Shown in pieces: positions 62,180 to 64,000 of a DNA stretch of 64,000 nt. The notes under the pieces are model-generated. The model had not been told where the DNA came from and made no database searches. It worked only from the letters and a program-made list of their open reading frames with translations. A program made the translations under genes and the position numbers. Numbering within the stretch: position 1 is the stretch's first letter; each line of letters opens with the position of its first letter. Origin of the DNA: Terriglobia bacterium (lineage in GTDB: Bacteria; Acidobacteriota; Terriglobia; 20CM-2-55-15); NCBI GenBank assembly GCA_965198225.1, contig CBDAOY010000009.1, positions 640,001 to 704,000 on the forward strand, given 5' to 3'.

Positions 62180-62199
62180 CTTGCCAGATACACGTAGTT

Positions 62200-63576
62200 T
62201 CACTCGGACTCCCAGTCTTGAGAAAACGATGGTATCCGCTCTCTCGCAACCTGCTTCTGGTAGTCGGTGACTATGGTTTTGACCAAATCGGTAACCCATG
62301 TCTCTTCTCTGAGCTTTCCGCGATAGTCAAAATCGTCACCGTATTGCTTTACTTCGGCGTTGATGTCAATTACGACATCCCTTAGAAGCGTCCGAATACA
62401 CTTCCTGAACCTGTCGCGGTTGCCTTCAAGCCGCACGAACTTATCCGGACCTCTAATGGCCTGTGCGCCAACAGCATCTTCCTCTAACAATTCCCGAACG
62501 ACATACATAAGCAGATAGCGCGTTAGCGCATATTTGCCAAACAGGGTGTTCTTTATACTCTTCGAGGCCACGTCGATCTCTTCTCTTAGAACTTGGCACA
62601 GCGCAATTCTGTCAGCGGTAACCTCCGGCCTTCCGAACAATGCACCGTGCTTGTCATCAAAGACCTGATACTTTCTATGCGTGCCCCAAGGTTCCTTTAA
62701 GTCAAAGGCCATCAGATAGAGTCCAGCGTCCTCGTTCGATATTAATACGCCATCCTTCGGTGCCTCGCCGCGCTTTATCTCATACTGATAGATGCCGCTG
62801 TAGAGCTGTGAGAACTCGTTTTGAAGCCGTATCTGGGGTGAACTGTTGGCCTTGAAGTCTCTCGGCTTAACGCCGTTCTGATTGTTCGAGAACTCAGTAA
62901 TCTGCTTGGCAAGAGACGATGTAGGTTCTACTTTTATAAACTTTGTGAGCACGTAGAGATTGTCGGTAACACCCTTTTGATTGACGAAAAGCGACGTAAG
63001 GCTCTGACATCCGTTTACGACGAAATAGTCGGATATTGTCAACTTCTCGTTGGTGGCTTCAATCTCACCGGCTATTATCGTTATGCCGTTATGGAAAAGC
63101 GGGAACTTCTTATGAAGTTGCGGATCTCGCACACTTGCTGCGATAGCCTTATTCACGTTCGTTTTTCCCAGCGGCCCCCTGACGTTATGAACAAACAATG
63201 CTTGATTTGATATCCCGTCGAGCTTAATCAGTTCACGTGCCAGCACCGGAGCGATAAAAGTTTTACTATCCGCATCGACGGTGTATTCCGTGATCTGGAA
63301 GCCGGATACATCGAAGCTGATGGGTGTGTGAATGGGCGCATCTCTTTCATCGGATATATATGTCGCCGTTAGAACATCTCGACCGATGAACAACATTGAT
63401 GAAGTCTGGTCCAAGTATGCGGTGCCATTGGCGTCAAGACCGATGTTAGATAAGAACTCGGCACGTAGTTCGTACTCATCAACCTTGTTAATGATTCCGA
63501 GCCGATCAGCTAGAGCGGCGATCTGCGCCTTCCCCGCACCGGCAATCAACTTGCGGATACTCTCTGCATCCCGAAA
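62200..63576 (-). pseudogene. AIPR-family protein, N-terminally truncated
   Basis: LFVHNVRGPLG, FPLFHNGITII, VVNGCQS, NNQNGV motifs; no native start. Confidence 0.8.
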
Positions 63577-64000
63577 CTAGAACCTTGCTCCTCATAGCGA
63601 GCGAGTTCTCAACGATGAGGTCAAGAGCCTGGAGCTGGAAACAGTGCACGAAGAATCAGCTCCTGGTAGATAGTTACAGATCTGCTTCAATTTGGTAAGA
63701 ATTGCGAGCAAAGCTCCATGTTGGCCGGGCTGCCGAGCTCTCTCGGTCCATACTCGTTCGTACTCATGTAGCTGGTCTCCCTCGAGCTCTAGCTCGATCG
63801 TCTGGTCGATTCGGTCGGGCAACTCGGGCAGTGCGGTCGCGACAGTGCGACGCAAGAAGAAAGGGGAGATACTGCGATGGACTTGCTCGAGGGGGAAGGA
63901 CTTCGAGAGGAGGCCGGGCTTGACGAATGAGAACACACCACCCAGGTCCTCAGGACGATTCTCAAGTGGGGTCCCAGTGAGCGCCCAGGAACGCTCACGG
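63575..64000 (-). pseudogene. SNF2-family helicase fragment (runs off the window; C-terminal domain lost)
   Basis: WALTGTPLEN, FLRR, LPELP, LKQICN, then after a frameshift LQALDLIVEN...KVLV. Confidence 0.8.

Overview
GC-rich bacterial DNA, most consistent with an Acidobacteriota chromosome (Acidobacterial-type VWA protein, DUF1592/DUF1552/ankyrin trio, Acidobacterial-type surface proteins; taxonomy is inference). Bases ~1-45.6 kb form one large cell-surface locus. It holds nucleotide-sugar enzymes, many GT2/GT4 glycosyltransferases, a Wzx-like flippase, a B12 radical SAM enzyme, an ECF sigma/anti-sigma pair leading into a type II secretion operon (gspE-F-G-H-I-J-K-L-M-C-like-D), a separately transcribed Thr/Ala/Gly-rich S-layer-like gene, polyprenol-phosphate glycosyltransferases, two TMTC-like GT-C/TPR protein glycosyltransferases and a ~2,500-aa IPT/YVTN/NHL surface protein. 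Housekeeping genes follow (yebC, ruvC, MEMO/AmmeMemoRadiSam B, 2-hydroxyacid dehydrogenase, VWA protein, thiolase), then a cytochrome c DUF1592-DUF1552-ankyrin cassette. A tRNA-Ser(TGA) borders a lower-GC island with an IS1595 transposase and AIPR/SNF2 fragments. Non-coding DNA contains nested MITE-like elements, a heptamer-repeat family with a four-helix-bundle remnant, and a CACGAAG palindromic element. Many small indels, two tandem duplications and about five abrupt deletion junctions suggest a low-polish long-read assembly, so pseudogene calls are provisional.
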